This document shows, one piece after another, positions 25,809 through 38,679 of a stretch of DNA of 64,000 nt; within the stretch, counting starts at the first letter, position 1; every line of letters begins with the position of its first letter. This DNA is from Octopus vulgaris (lineage: Eukaryota): the NCBI GenBank assembly GCA_951406725.2, contig OX597814.1:35774001-35838000 (forward strand), read 5' to 3'. The notes under the pieces were generated by a model, which did not search any database, had not been told where the DNA came from, and was given only the letters and a program-made list of their open reading frames with translations. The translations under genes were made by a program, and so were the position numbers.

Positions 25809-25925
25809 GTATATATATATATATATGTATATATGCATATATATATTTATATATATATGTATATATATATATGTGTGTGTGTGTGTATGCATGTATATAT
25901 ATATATATATATATATATACATGCA
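25482..25925. repeat. Long (TA)n/(TATG)n microsatellite
   Basis: Directly visible. It is the source of the IYIY ORFs. Confidence 0.95.
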
Positions 25926-27124
25926 TATACACTAGACATATAGTGTATATATCTAGTGTATATAGTATATATACACTAGACATATTCATATAACTATATA
26001 TATAAACTATATATCTATATATATGTCTGCGTGTGTGTATATATATATATAGATGCATAAATACATACATGCATACATACATGCATACATACATATATAC
26101 ATACATACATAGATACATAATTATGTATGTATTATTTATATTTATATATATGAACTAAAAGTGTTTAAGAGATGATGATAGACTGAGAGAGAAAGAGAGA
26201 TGGAGAAAGAGAGAGATGGTGAAAGTGAGAGTGTGTGTGTAGAACTTTGATCTTCGCCTCCTGAAGCTAAAAGAGTTTGAGTTAAAAAGAAATCATTATG
26301 TATACACACTGCCCTCAGCTATAGTCTTGGAAGAGTTGCTTCGCAGATATTAAGATATTTACGAAATAGAAAATTCTGTTTAGAATATTTACAGATTTAT
26401 AGAATGCTTGTATTTAAAAGGCATCTTGGGTGTTGGTAGCAGTCGTTGACTTGACTTTGAAAGGTGTTGAAATAATCAATTGGTTTCAAAATGATAAAGT
26501 GAAAATAGTTTCCTTGTTTTGTTATTTCTTTGCCTAATTTTTTTTTCTTTTCTTTTTTTTTGTTTTTTTTTTTGAAAGAATCTTTTTCTCTCTTCTTATC
26601 TGTTTAGTTTCTTTTCTTTTTTTTTTCTAAAAATAATTTTCCTTGATAGTAGGAGCCAACATTAATTATTTCAAAGCAGAAGCGATAGACATAACGAACA
26701 GCAACAACAACAACAACAACAATAATAATGATAAAGAAAATAAGAATAATGATGGTAGTAATGATAACCATACAATAAATTTTTTAAAAAATAAGTAAAT
26801 TTCTGAAAACCAACAATATAGAAATAAAACAGCAAGCAAAAATAACATTTTTTTCTTTAAATTTTGCTTTTTTTAAATTTTTTTTTTTGAAAAATATATT
26901 ATTTGCTAGTATTTATTTTTGTCAGTTGCTGGTTGAAGGAAGGAATATGCTCGGAATAATAATAGAATTTAAAAAAAAAATCTGGTGTAAAACAAGAGAA
27001 TATGTTGATATACTGCAGAGGAAGCTGTGAAGTAAATGGAACAAAAGAAGAAAAGAAAGAAAAACAACAACACGTCTTTATTATTTTCTTTTTCTATCAT
27101 TGTATAATTATTCAGAAACAAGAA

Positions 27125-27170
<46 letters not shown>

Positions 27171-27579
27171 CATGCACAAACTCACATACACATACAAAGC
27201 CACACACATATGCATACATATATTCACAGATAATTTATCATCATCTTCAATCTTTGGCCTCATCAGCCCCACAGCTCTGGCTGCTAGAGAATTTCAGGTC
27301 TTCTCCTTAATTTTCACTCCGGGTTGACTGCCATCTCTGGGTTTGTGCAGAGGTTAGTGGGCAAAATTCTTTGATATTAAGATGCACTATTACTCATGTC
27401 TAGAATCATATCTTTGTTGCTTTACTACAAGTCACTTCTGAGCATGTAAATCTATGATCTAATATATTCCAACCATGATCATACCCTCTTCTTTTTAAAC
27501 ATTAAATCTTGGTGTCAAGTACTAACTTATCTAATGTGTCCATTCAGTTTTTAAAACAGAAGGTTTGATCAGAGGAGAG

Positions 27580-27775
27580 GCGGTGAGCGGGCAGAATTGT
27601 TAGCACGCTGGGCGAAATCATTCGCAGTATTTCATCGACTTTGCCTTTCATCCTTTTGGTGTTGATTAAATAAGTACCAGTTATGCACTGGGGTCGATGT
27701 AATCGACTTAATCTGTTTGTCTTTCCTTGTTTGTCCCTTCTGTATTTAGCCCCTTGTGGGTAGTAGAGAAATAGG
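27580..27775 (+). mobile_element. SINE family A with internal deletion
   Basis: Head GGCGGTGAGCGGGCAGAATTGTTAGC joined directly to GACTTTGCCTTTCATCC. Confidence 0.8.
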
Positions 27776-27879
27776 TTTGATCAGTTGAATGCTTGACTCT
27801 TATTTCAAGTTGATCAAGCAATTGCAAATACACTCTTTCAGTGGTTTATTTGTGCCTGAATAGTTTATCTCTACTTGTT

Positions 27880-28085
27880 TTCATCATCAGCATCGTTTAA
27901 CATCCACTTTCCATGCTAGCATGAGTTGGACGATTTGGCTGAGGTCTGGTGAACCAGATGGCTGCACCAGGCTCCAATCTGGTCTGGCAGAGTTTCTACA
28001 GCTGGATGCCCTTCCTAACACCAACCACTCCGAGAGTGTAGTGGGTGCTTCTACATGTCACCGGCACAAGGGCCAGTCAGGCAGT
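27880..28085 (-). mobile_element. Family C copy
   Basis: Reverse complement of the conserved tail. Confidence 0.85.
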
Positions 28086-28704
28086 TATATTTTTATATAC
28101 TGATTCTTAGGTACACCATATACCTGAGTACCATAAAGGGACAACTAAAAGGACTGACATAAGGAAGGGCATCTAACCATAAAACACTGATCTTAGAATG
28201 TCTCAACTAACCCATATCAGTAAGAAAAATGGATGTCAAAATAATGAAGATGATGATGATGCTGAAAATGATGATGTGGAGAGGAGAAGGAGAACTATGA
28301 TGACGAGGACAGCAAGAACAATGATGATGATGATCTCATCTGTTATTTGCTAGCTGTAAGTTATAAAAGAAAGGTTGAAAGTTATTTGGAGTGTCTGGAA
28401 AAGAACAGGTCACCAGCTAACAGAGATGACTCACTCACCTTTGTTAGCTAATGAGTTAAGATGTTATAGTTTAGTAACTACCAGTTGCTATTGCTGATTT
28501 GCCACAAGTGAACTTACATTATGCTTTAAACAATGATCATCAGATGTAAACATAGCAATGTGCTTAAGGAGCTTTCTTTGAAACAGTGTGGTTTCAAATA
28601 CAATCTCACTACACTGCACTTTGGGTAAGTATCATTAACCATATCTGTTATTGAGCACTATCATGCGATTTATATTTTAGTGCATGGAAACTGTGAAGAA
28701 ATAT

Positions 28705-29030
28705 ATCATCATCATCATCATCATCATCATCCTCATCATTGTTTAACATCCGTTTTCCATACTAGCGTGGGTTGGACTGCTTGACCGGGTTCTGGGAAGC
28801 CAGGAGGTTGCACCAGGCTCCAGTCTGATCCGGCAGTGTTTCTACAGCTGGATGCCCTTCCTAACGCCAACCACTCCATGAATGTAGAGGGTGCTTTTTA
28901 CGTGCCACCGGCACGGAAGTCATTCAAGGCAGTGCTGGCATCAGCCACGTACGGATGACGCTTTTTAGGTGCCAGGGTAGGCTGGCAACGGCCACGATCG
29001 GTTGGTGCTTTTTTACGTGCCACCGACAAG
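28705..29030 (-). mobile_element. Family C copy with tandem units
   Basis: (CAT)n, reverse-complement tail, and GCTTTTTA.GTGCCA repeated 3 times. Confidence 0.85.
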
Positions 29031-29811
29031 GAATGTTTATAAATAACAACTTTTATTGAGCTTCACAGTTTGGCACTAAAACCATAATCATCCAAGGTGT
29101 ATGACTTGGTTGCTAATTGGTGAGCTAATTGATTTAGCTGCCTAGATAATTGTATGCAGTTATAAACATTGTACTGTTATCAGATATAGACATTGTCATC
29201 GTACCAATCTGTATTCTATCCTTTACCACCATCTTGTACATAATGCATTCTGAAGTCACTCTGTGTATACTATCAATCATCATTTCCACTTCCCAAGCCA
29301 GTTGTTGTCAGTGTATGTACATCATTCTGTCCATTTCTCTGTTATCATTCACCCCAACCAGTTTGTTTCAATCATAATACTGTTTGTTCTCTTCATCACT
29401 TATCTTGGTTTCCTTGTGTCATCACTTTATCAATTATTTACCCTCTTGTATCATTACCTCAAGTGAACTGACAGGGCATAGAGTAATGAGGATTCTTTAG
29501 TCTTATGAGATAATAAGGGATGTCACTTGTGTTGGTGAAAATGCATGCAGTACTCTTTGTAAAGTGGTTGGTGTTACAATGAGGATTCTGTTGTAGAATC
29601 TAACCAAAATGAAATGTGTGGGACCAATCATACAAGGACTGACCGATGTCTTGTGAGTGAAAGTGGTTGATAGAAAAATATATGTTTGTAAGTGTGCATT
29701 TGCATGTGCATATGTATGTATGTGTGTGTGTGTGATGCGTGCATATGTGTGTGTGTTTATCTCTCTCTGTTTTCACTTTAACATCACTTAAAAAATGGTG
29801 TTTGGTGCATG

Positions 29812-29846
<35 letters not shown>

Positions 29847-30379
29847 TTACATGTACATAGATGCATACACACACACATGGATATATATGTGTGTATGTGT
29901 GTTTAGGATAACGTGAGATATTGGACTTGAAATAGAATAAAGTAAAATATAGCAAATGAATAAAAGGGATGTAGATTATGAATTCTGATTGAAGGGATGG
30001 GGCCTTGAAACAAAAAGTTGCAAGGGGCACCCTAAATGTCATGTGACAGAGCTGCTGATGAGTTATCTCAGTTAAATCTATTAGGAATTAGAGAGAAAGT
30101 TCCATGCACTGAAACTAAGTTTAGAATACAGGTGTTTTAAGGTATACCAAGTGAAAGCAAAGATTTTAGTAAGAAAGAAGACAAGACTATGCTATTATGA
30201 AAGAAATGGCCTTGTTTTATATGCAGAAAACTAGTAAGTATAAACTCATTATACCATACCTAATATAAGCTATGGACACACAAAAGATGTAGTGGAATCA
30301 CAAGCAGTCTAGCAGATAATGTAAACTTCATTTGCACTAGATGCACTGGAACAGTACATACGCAGAGCACACAAGAAAT

Positions 30380-30960
30380 GGTCTCTCTTTAATGTCTGGA
30401 TAACTCACTAGATGTAGCTAATAGTTATTGTTACTTTGGAGATGTAATTAGCAAGGAAGGTGTTTGCACTGACAGCATAGTAACCAGAATAAGGAAGAAT
30501 TGAAGAAAGTTCTGGGAACAACTACAGCTACTGCAGAGTGAAGAGCAGATTGTATGGCACTTCTTGTGTTAGAACAGCAGTACTGTATGAGAGTGAGACA
30601 TGGGCTTTGAACAAAGGATCTGAGAAAATTGGAAAGAAAAGAAATGAAGCAAGCGTTTTGCAAAGTAAGTATGCATGAATTATGTAGTACAAATGAGAGA
30701 AATATTGGGAATAAGAATTATCAGACATAGTGTGCAAGAAAGGAACTGCACTGATATGGACATGGGATATTTATAAATATGGACAGCTGTATAAAGAACT
30801 GATGATCACTTAATGTGGATGAAGCTTTCAGAATAGAGAGAGAGACAAAGCAAGGGAGGAAGGTGTGAAAGCTAATCTCAGGGTCTTCGACCTTACAGAT
30901 ATACTGGAAGACCAAAATAAATAGTGATATGTGGGTCTTGAGAAGACCTACTTCTCATGA
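30380..30960 (+). mobile_element. Highly decayed RTE LINE fragment
   Basis: Residual motifs RLYG..CVRTAVLYESETWAL and ...YGH..., ending ...VLRR/LEKT. Colinear with 4700-5260. Confidence 0.6.
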
Positions 30961-31479
30961 CAAACCACATTCTGGAAGCACTAAGAGTGCAGATACACAC
31001 ACACACATGCGTGCATATGCACATGCACAACTGTACCCTTTACCCAATTTCCCTCCTCCTCAATATACCCCTACCACCCTAACTGTAGCTTTTCCTTGAT
31101 ACCATTCACTTTCCTTACTATTCAGAGTGATTTCACTTGTTACTCACCCTTTATACATTAACACTCTTCTCCTCTCTACTCACACTTTCATTGATTCCTT
31201 TCCCACCCAACTGAGCCACCAAATTATCATGATTATACCGGCCTTATACCTGTCCCAATGCATTATACTTACCACTCTATTTCCCACCCACCCAGGCAAT
31301 TTACCCAATATCATGTCATCTCTCTCTTTTGTCCTTCTTCTGCCTATATAACATCATTACTATTCTGTTGCCCAACACTGTCAGTCATGTCCTATATGAA
31401 GTTCTATTCTGGGGGTTCATTGTGTCCTTCAACAAAACCCTTTATTTCACATTACTGCAATTGACTCAGCTGACAAATA

Positions 31480-31915
31480 GGTGTAGTACCCATATTTCAA
31501 AGGGCCAGCCTTGTCACATTCTTATTTCTTTATTGCCCACAAGGGGCTAAACATAGAGGAGACAAACAAGGACAGACAAAAGGATTAAGTCGATTATATC
31601 TGGTACTTATTTAATCGACCCTGAAAGGATGAAAGGCAAAGTTGACCTTGGTGGAATTTGAACTCAGAACATAGCGACAGACGAAATGCTGCTAAACATT
31701 TCACCCAGCGTGCTAACGTTTCTGCCAGCTTGCCGCCTTTTACAAGGCTCACAACCTTGTTACATTCTGTGTCAGGCTAAATCTCCCTGAGAACTTTGTT
31801 AAGGGTACATGTGTCTGTTGAGTGCTCAGCCGCTTGCATGTTAATTTCACAAACAGGCTGCTTCATTGATTGGCTCAACTGGAATTCTCATGATTGTAAC
31901 CGATGAAGTGCCAGT
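31480..31915 (+). mobile_element. 3' half of SINE family E interrupted by a - strand family A SINE (31523-31739) with 14-bp TSD
   Basis: Matches 60970-61150. TSD CCTTGTCACATTCT (31509-31522) and CCTTGTTACATTCT (31755-31768). Confidence 0.85.
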
Positions 31916-32029
31916 TATCCCCTACACTCACCACATACTCTCATGTAGCCTCCACACACCAGTCTCCTGGTATCTCTGCCCACCTCTCATTCCTACCCAC
32001 CTTGTACACTGAAGGTCCTCCCTAACAGT

Positions 32030-32340
32030 TATTGTTGTTTGTTCCTTCTTGAGCCACGCCTAGCTCATATGGGTTGGTTTCCCAGTTTCATTGGCATATA
32101 GGTTCCCCACCTGGATGGGACATTGGTCCGTTGCAGGTGAGCTGCTAGACGTAGGAGGAAAGAGTAAGAGAAAGTTGTGGCAAAAGAGTCAGCAGAAGTT
32201 AACCATTACCTTTTGCCAGAACTGCATAGAGCTTAGGTATTTTGCTCATAAACACACACATTGCCTGATCTGAGATTCGAACCTGCAATCCCTCAACCAT
32301 GAGTCTGCTGCTCAAACCACTAGGCCATGTGCCTCCGCCC
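32030..32340 (-). mobile_element. Chimeric SINE: family E-type head and body with family D-type tail
   Basis: Head GGAGGCACATGGCCTAGTGGTT...GGTTCGAATCTC, body CCACAACTTTCTCTTACTCTT (as in E), tail GTCCCATCCAGGTGGGGAAC...GAAACTGGGAAACC (as in D). Confidence 0.75.
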
Positions 32341-32474
32341 TCCCTTTCTATTGCTTTCCAGCTCCAACTGATCACTACCATCCTTTCTTCTAAAAGGTGG
32401 TTAGTCATAAACCTGTTCTGCTCCAACCCTTTCTCTTTTGCTTTATCTCCTCATCTCTGAGCATGTAACTGTCC

Positions 32475-33403
32475 ACTTAGGGCTCATAATACTGATTTCA
32501 ATTTTTGGCACAAGGCCAGCAATTTCAAGGCAGAAGGTAAATCAATCACATTGACCACATTACTCAACTGGTACTTATTATACCAGCCCTGAAAGATGAA
32601 AGGGAAAGCCAACCTTGGCAGAATTTGAACTCGGAATGTGAAAATGGATGAAATGCAGTTAAGTGTTTTGCCCAGTATGCTAATGATTCTGCCAATTCAG
32701 CACCTTAAACTTAGGGTTCATAATATTCTTTTCTACTCTAGGCACAAGGCCTGAAATTTTTGTGGAAGGGGCCAGTCAATTATATCAACCCCAGTGTTTC
32801 ACCAGTACTTAATTTATTGACCCCGAAAGGATGAAAGGCAAAGTCGACATTGGTGGAATTTGAACTCAGAACGTAAAGACAGACGAAATACTGCTAAGCA
32901 TTTTGCTCGGCGGGCTAACATTTCTGCCAGCTTGTTACCTTCTGGGTAAGATATGTTATTTTCTACTCTAGGTTCAAGGCCTGAAATTTTGGGGGAATGG
33001 GGGCCAGTCAATTATATCGACTGCAGTATGCATCGACCCCCAAAAGATGAAAGGCAAAGTTGACGTCAGCAAAATTTGAACTCAAAACGGGAAAATAGAT
33101 GAAATGCCACTAAGCATTTTGCCCAGTTTGTTAATCATTCTGCCAGATCATCACCTTAAACTTAGGATTCATAAAATTGATTTCAAATTTTGGCACAAGG
33201 CCAGCAGTTTTGAGGGAGGGGTAAATTGATGATACCACCCTCAGTACTCAATTTGTACTTATTTTATCGATAGGATGAAAGGCAAAGCTAGCCTTAGTGG
33301 AATTTGAACTCAGAATGTGAAGATGAACAAAATGTCATTGAGCATTTTATTCAGCATGCTAATGATTTAGCTAGCTTGCCACTTGAAACTTGGGCTTTAT
33401 AAT
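32475..33403 (-). mobile_element. Head-to-tail chain of four family A SINEs punctuated by a 16-bp direct repeat
   Basis: Four A bodies in the same orientation. ACTTAGGGCTCATAAT-like repeats at 32475, 32709, 33160 and 33388. Confidence 0.85.
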
Positions 33404-34102
33404 ATTGCAAGGTGTATGATGATCTTGTGGCACAAAAATATCACTCAGTAATTGCTGTAAAATGGTTGGTGATAGAAAGGCCACCCAACCATAGAAATCT
33501 GGAACATGAGTCAGCCAATAAAAACCATTCAAACCACCCATCGCATGACAGTATAGAATATGGACATTAAATGATAATAATGAGGAAATATGTGTGTGTG
33601 TGTATGTTTAGTTAAGTATGTATATATATGGAGAGAGAGAGAAAGAGAGATAAATAGTAGATAGATACATACATGCATAGATACATACACACACATATAT
33701 ATACACACATATATACATATACATATATGTATGGCATGTATGTGGTTGTGTGTGTGTGTATACATATTTATACACACATACATACATATACAAATATACA
33801 CCTACATATACGCACATATTGTTTCTGATTGTTTCTCAGCATAATTTCCTTTCTAACTCAATATATATGCTAATTCTTATAGAATAAAACTTGGTTAAAC
33901 AAATGCATTTCTACGCATTTGATATCTCATAAAACTTAAAATCATTTCCTACCACCAATAGAACTACTTCGAGATAGCAAAAAAATATTAATAATAATAC
34001 TTCAATTCCATTGTGCATTCTGAATTCAATTTTGAATAACAATTAGCTACAATTTCAACGCATAATAAGTATTCCAATGAGTGCTTCATTTGTCTAATTT
34101 AT

Positions 34103-34155
<53 letters not shown>

Positions 34156-34879
34156 AAATATATGTATATATATATATAGTATATATATGTATCGTGTTTT
34201 TATGTATATATATCTTGTATTTTCATATTTATCTAATATTTCATTCAATAAATTTTCTTTGCAAAGTCAATTTCATTTACTGTTGCCACTGGTCTAAAAT
34301 ATAACATATTAATTTAAAGGTATTGCTTTATAATATTATACCCACTTACTTAAAAAATTACTTTATAAATTTATCATTTTTTCCAGTATATGTCCTTACT
34401 CTGACACACATACCTGAAGGTCAGAAATGTCTGGTTTAACTGGAAGAAAAATTAGGGTAAATATGGACAGAATGTAAGTTTGTTTTTATCATGTGAAATG
34501 TTGTGATATGGCAGAATTATAAGAGCATTGAGAAAATATACTTTGCAGAATTTGTTCAGAGTCCAAATCCCTCAGGGGCAACTTTGCCTTTCATCCCTCT
34601 GGATTTGATAAAATAAAGCAGTAGTACAATGTTAAGGTCAATGGCATTGGCTACAAACTTTTTATAATCCTTGAACCTAAATCAGAAACCATTATTTAGT
34701 CAATGAAAGACAGTGGAGTGGTAAAGAAATGAACAAACATTTCTTGCATTGTTTAGGCATACCACATAATATTTCAAGTTCAAATCTCACAAGACTTAAC
34801 TTTACATTTTATTCTCATAGGATGAATAAAACAAAGTACCAATCAAGTACTAGGATCAATTAAATTGACTATAGATGAG

Positions 34880-35060
34880 AAGCCTTTGCAGGCATTTCTA
34901 GATTGGTTCAATGAATTTGATACTGAGCTTGAACTTATTAAAGTCAATGCTTGCAGAGGTTTTGGTAGTGAGTTCCAGAAAACTGCAGTTTTGGGAGGGA
35001 AGTGTTTAGTATGCATAACATTGCAAATATAAATAAACTGGTGATGGTCCAATTCAGCAT
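34880..35060 (-). mobile_element. Decayed CR1/L2-like LINE ORF2 end
   Basis: ...HFPPKTAVFWNSLPK..., resembling the F..R....WNSLP motif. Weak. Confidence 0.4.
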
Positions 35061-36557
35061 CAAGTCATCAACAGAAAAAATTGGTGGGTTCAGTTTCCAT
35101 AAGAAGAGCAGAATTTAACACTTCATGCATATCCCTTCATCTGAGAGCCACTGGAAATAGAAAGATATGGGGTTCTCAGTAGCATAGAATTTAGGAAATA
35201 AAGCAAATATCAGAAAGGTAAATAAATGAATGACTCAAGTAAATTTAGATGGGAGTGTTTAGCAAATTTTCTGGTGCTGTACTGCTTTTGGCATGACATC
35301 ACTCTCATCATAATCCATTGAAGCTGCTCTGTATATGCTTGGCCTCCTTTAAAGGAAAAGTTTTTTTTCTTTCTGATGCTTATAATAACTGCTAAGTGCC
35401 TTAGAAAATGACAATATAGAAATGTTATAGAACTTTACCATAAAGAAAGATCACCAGCTCACACATGATATACATGTTATCATTTTCCATACTAAACATG
35501 ACAATGGTGTATTGGTAACTTGCATAGCAATACTAAATGTCTATATTGTTGTGGAGAAGAAAGCCTGTAATACTAAGAAATTACATTGGCTTAGCTGTTG
35601 AATGAAAAATATTATGGCAGTTGAGGAATGTGTCCATCATCCCATTTATAATTGTTATAACTGGAATGATACACAATCAGATAAGTAAAGACATTGATAG
35701 ATGGCTTTAGTCATAGGAATATTTTTAGAAATATCTATACTAAGGTCTAAAAATATGTTAGGATATTATTACATAACATTTGTTAACCATTGAGCTCAGA
35801 TTTGATTTCCCTGTAGGGCACCTTGGGCAGGTGCCATTTTTGATAGCTTTAGGTCAACAAGTACCACATGAATGAAAGTCAAAAGAAAGTGGTGCCAAAG
35901 AAAGGAAAAGATAACTAGTTACTCAAAAAGAGAGGTGAAATATATAGTTCTGCCTTGAATATAATTACAGTAGAAGAATAGGGCTGTTGTTAGAAGAATA
36001 ATGGAGGGATGGGTGATAGGAAGATGAGAAAGTGGGAAAGGCTTGACTAGGACAAATTGCATATGGGGCCCAGTTGTGTGTAATAGACATGAATAATGCT
36101 TTAGAGCTTCAGTTTTGTAATGATGGATTGGTTTTCTAAAAGCACTCTGAATGACTAATCCTCTCCATACTTAATCATCTCTTTCATGTGCTCTTCACTG
36201 CCTCATCCTGGAGAAATGTGGATGCTTGCTGCATACACGAGGTATGATAACAAGGATCCTCAACTTGACTGCTTGTAGGTAAGGGACATAGTTGTATTTC
36301 GGGATGGTCATTTTTTTTTGTCAAATAAACACGTGCACTATATATTCATTCTTCACTCGTTTATTACTGTTTTTATTCTCATTGTCTGGAAATCTTTCGT
36401 TACACATCTGTGACCTCCTCAGTGACCATTTCTGTCTTCATGAATGCTCATCACCTGGTAGTTGTACTCCACTGCTGTCTACTATTCACCCTCTTCTCAG
36501 TTCACTAATAGTGCGTTTCTTTATACTGAGTGTTATCTGGATATCTTGAGAGAAAAT

Positions 36558-37990
36558 TCATATAGTGTATATAAGGGAATTGACTTGATCTCTGCAAGCT
36601 CTGTAAAACATCAAATCCTCCACAAACAGTAGGTGACTGACTAGTTTCATGTTTTTTTCTGCAGTAAGGGTGACCCAGAGTTTCTGAGTTTCCTTGAGGT
36701 TTTGTAGTTTAGGATGTAGATTCATCAAAACCTTGAACCAAAATCCCTGAACTAGGTCCAGGCCAGCTGCCTTCCATTTTCTCATCTTCCTGACTCCAGA
36801 TAGAATATCTTCCAATCTGATGATAATGTCCTCCTGTATCTCCAAGCATGTCTTTGGATTCTTCCACTTCATGGAGTTAAGCTGCTCTGTTGTGCTTGAC
36901 ATTCTATGACTAGATCTTGCTCCAAAATAAAGTTGCTTCTTTGGCATCTGGTAATTCTGCTTTTCCTTTATCTGCTTCATCCAGAGTCTCATAGAATAGC
37001 TTCTGATTTGTTATAAGCAGTTGATTTTGTCCAAACTGTTGACATATTTCTTGTATCTTTTGATCTTAACTCTACTCACTTTGATTTTTTTGTTTCAACA
37101 TATCCAATATAAATAAAGTGTCCCTATCCATCAAGTGATATTTCTTATTCATGTAATTCTGTTCTATTTTGTTGGGCCTCATATTTCCTTTCCTTACTTC
37201 CTCAATCTTACTTAAATCCTTCTGCCACTTAGTGATGCTTTTCTTTTATTCGCCTTTTCCAGAATGGCTCTTTGTTTCTTTGTACTTTTCTTTCTTTAAA
37301 CATTCCCATCTTCTCTATGATGATATAAGCAGTGGTATACATCAAGGAATTTAATTCAATGATATCTTTAATTGGAATTCTCATAACAACTTCATTCATT
37401 TTCCTGAATTCCAATCTTAGTTTTGCTCTGTCACATAACTTCAATGATGATAAACTTTTCCTTTCTTCAAGTAAAATTACCTCTAGAATTCTGTCATGGA
37501 GTGTAGCTAGTTCTGGGTTAATTTCTTCTGGTAACTCTCTAGATGCAAGTACACTAACGTCTTCTATATATTGTAGATTTCCTCCCACTATGTCACTTGT
37601 TCTATGGGTATTTCTTCTGGACTGGTAGTCTCCTGAAATACCTTTCTCAGTTTCATTACAATCCTCTCTTGTCCCACCTGCTCTAAACACATCTTTGTCT
37701 AAATTTGTCGAATCTGATCAGCATATCTTTGTTCACTCATATCCTTTAGTTTTTCATAAGGATAATATTTTTTCCATAGCCCCATTTCACTGGCTCATTT
37801 CTAATATAATACCCAAACAACACTTTATTGTTCTCTTTTGTCTGTTCTAATTGTTGAGCTTCAGCAGTAATTTGATTATGACCAAGCCTGCATTGCTGTT
37901 CCACAGGACATCTGACAACATGGCATCTTTGCTGAAAGCTCCAGCCTCATTGACACTGTCAGGATTACTTCTCATTATTGACATTTCTCT
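36558..37990 (-). mobile_element. Decayed R4/Dong-clade retrotransposon (N-terminal region plus internally deleted RT)
   Basis: EPFWKRRI; VRKMRKWKAAGLDLVQGFWFKVLMNLHPKL (WKAPGPD..GFW.K motif); VSHLLFVEDLMFY (SHLLFMDDLKLY motif). The intervening RT subdomains are missing. Confidence 0.85.
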
Positions 37991-38044
37991 CATAATTGAG
38001 GTAAGTGTTTTAAGGTTACCACCACCGAGTAATTATATCACATT

Positions 38045-38306
38045 TAATAATAATAAATGCGCCCTTTTTAAAGCCTACCCAGGTTCATGGGCTTGGTTTC
38101 CTGGTTTCCGTGGTGTATGTGTTCCCCAGCTGGATGGGATACCAGTCCATCGCAGCGTTACTCATTTTTGCCAGCTGAGTGGACTGGAGCAATGTGAAAT
38201 GAAGTGTTTTGCTCAAGAACACAATGCGTTGCCCAGTCCAGGAATCGAAACCACAATCTTACGATCATGGTGCTGACACCCTAACCACTAAGCCATGAAC
38301 CTCCAC
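38045..38306 (-). mobile_element. tRNA-headed SINE family D with perfect 14-bp TSD
   Basis: Reverse complement of GGAGG..CATGGCTTAGTGGTTAGGGTGTCAGC...GGTTTCGATTCCTGG...GTGTTCTTGAGCAAAACACTT. TSD AATTATATCACATT at 38031-38044 and 38307-38320. Confidence 0.9.
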
Positions 38307-38679
38307 AATTATATCACATTGCTATCACTAAATAGGTTGTCAGCTAAGATTTCTAAGTGGCCTGTCTGCCCTCATTGAAGCTGGTTATCCTGCACTAGTT
38401 GCCACCTCCAGCATTTATTCTTGCAGCACTTAAAGCCTCGTGTAGTTGGATGGCCTTTAACACTAGTGAGTTCATCTGGCCTTTAACAGATTTTGTTTTG
38501 CTCCCTGTAGGGTATCCAACAAAATCCATCCTTCTTCTTAACAGGCAAGTACTTGATAGGTTTGCCAATTTAGTCACTGATGGCCTGACCATGAATCAGG
38601 TTGTACTGGATTACATGTTACCAATAACACTAAAAGTGAGCTGGTACATTATTATTGTTATTAGTACAACTATCAATTA

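Noticed and set aside
27230-27353. Candidate exon ending GAG|GTTAGT
   Set aside because: Stops in all frames from the plausible acceptor, and no supporting homology.
32475-33403. CRISPR array (repeat-spacer geometry)
   Set aside because: The intervening segments are >200-bp homologous SINEs and the repeats are degenerate 16-mers. It is reported as a SINE chain instead.
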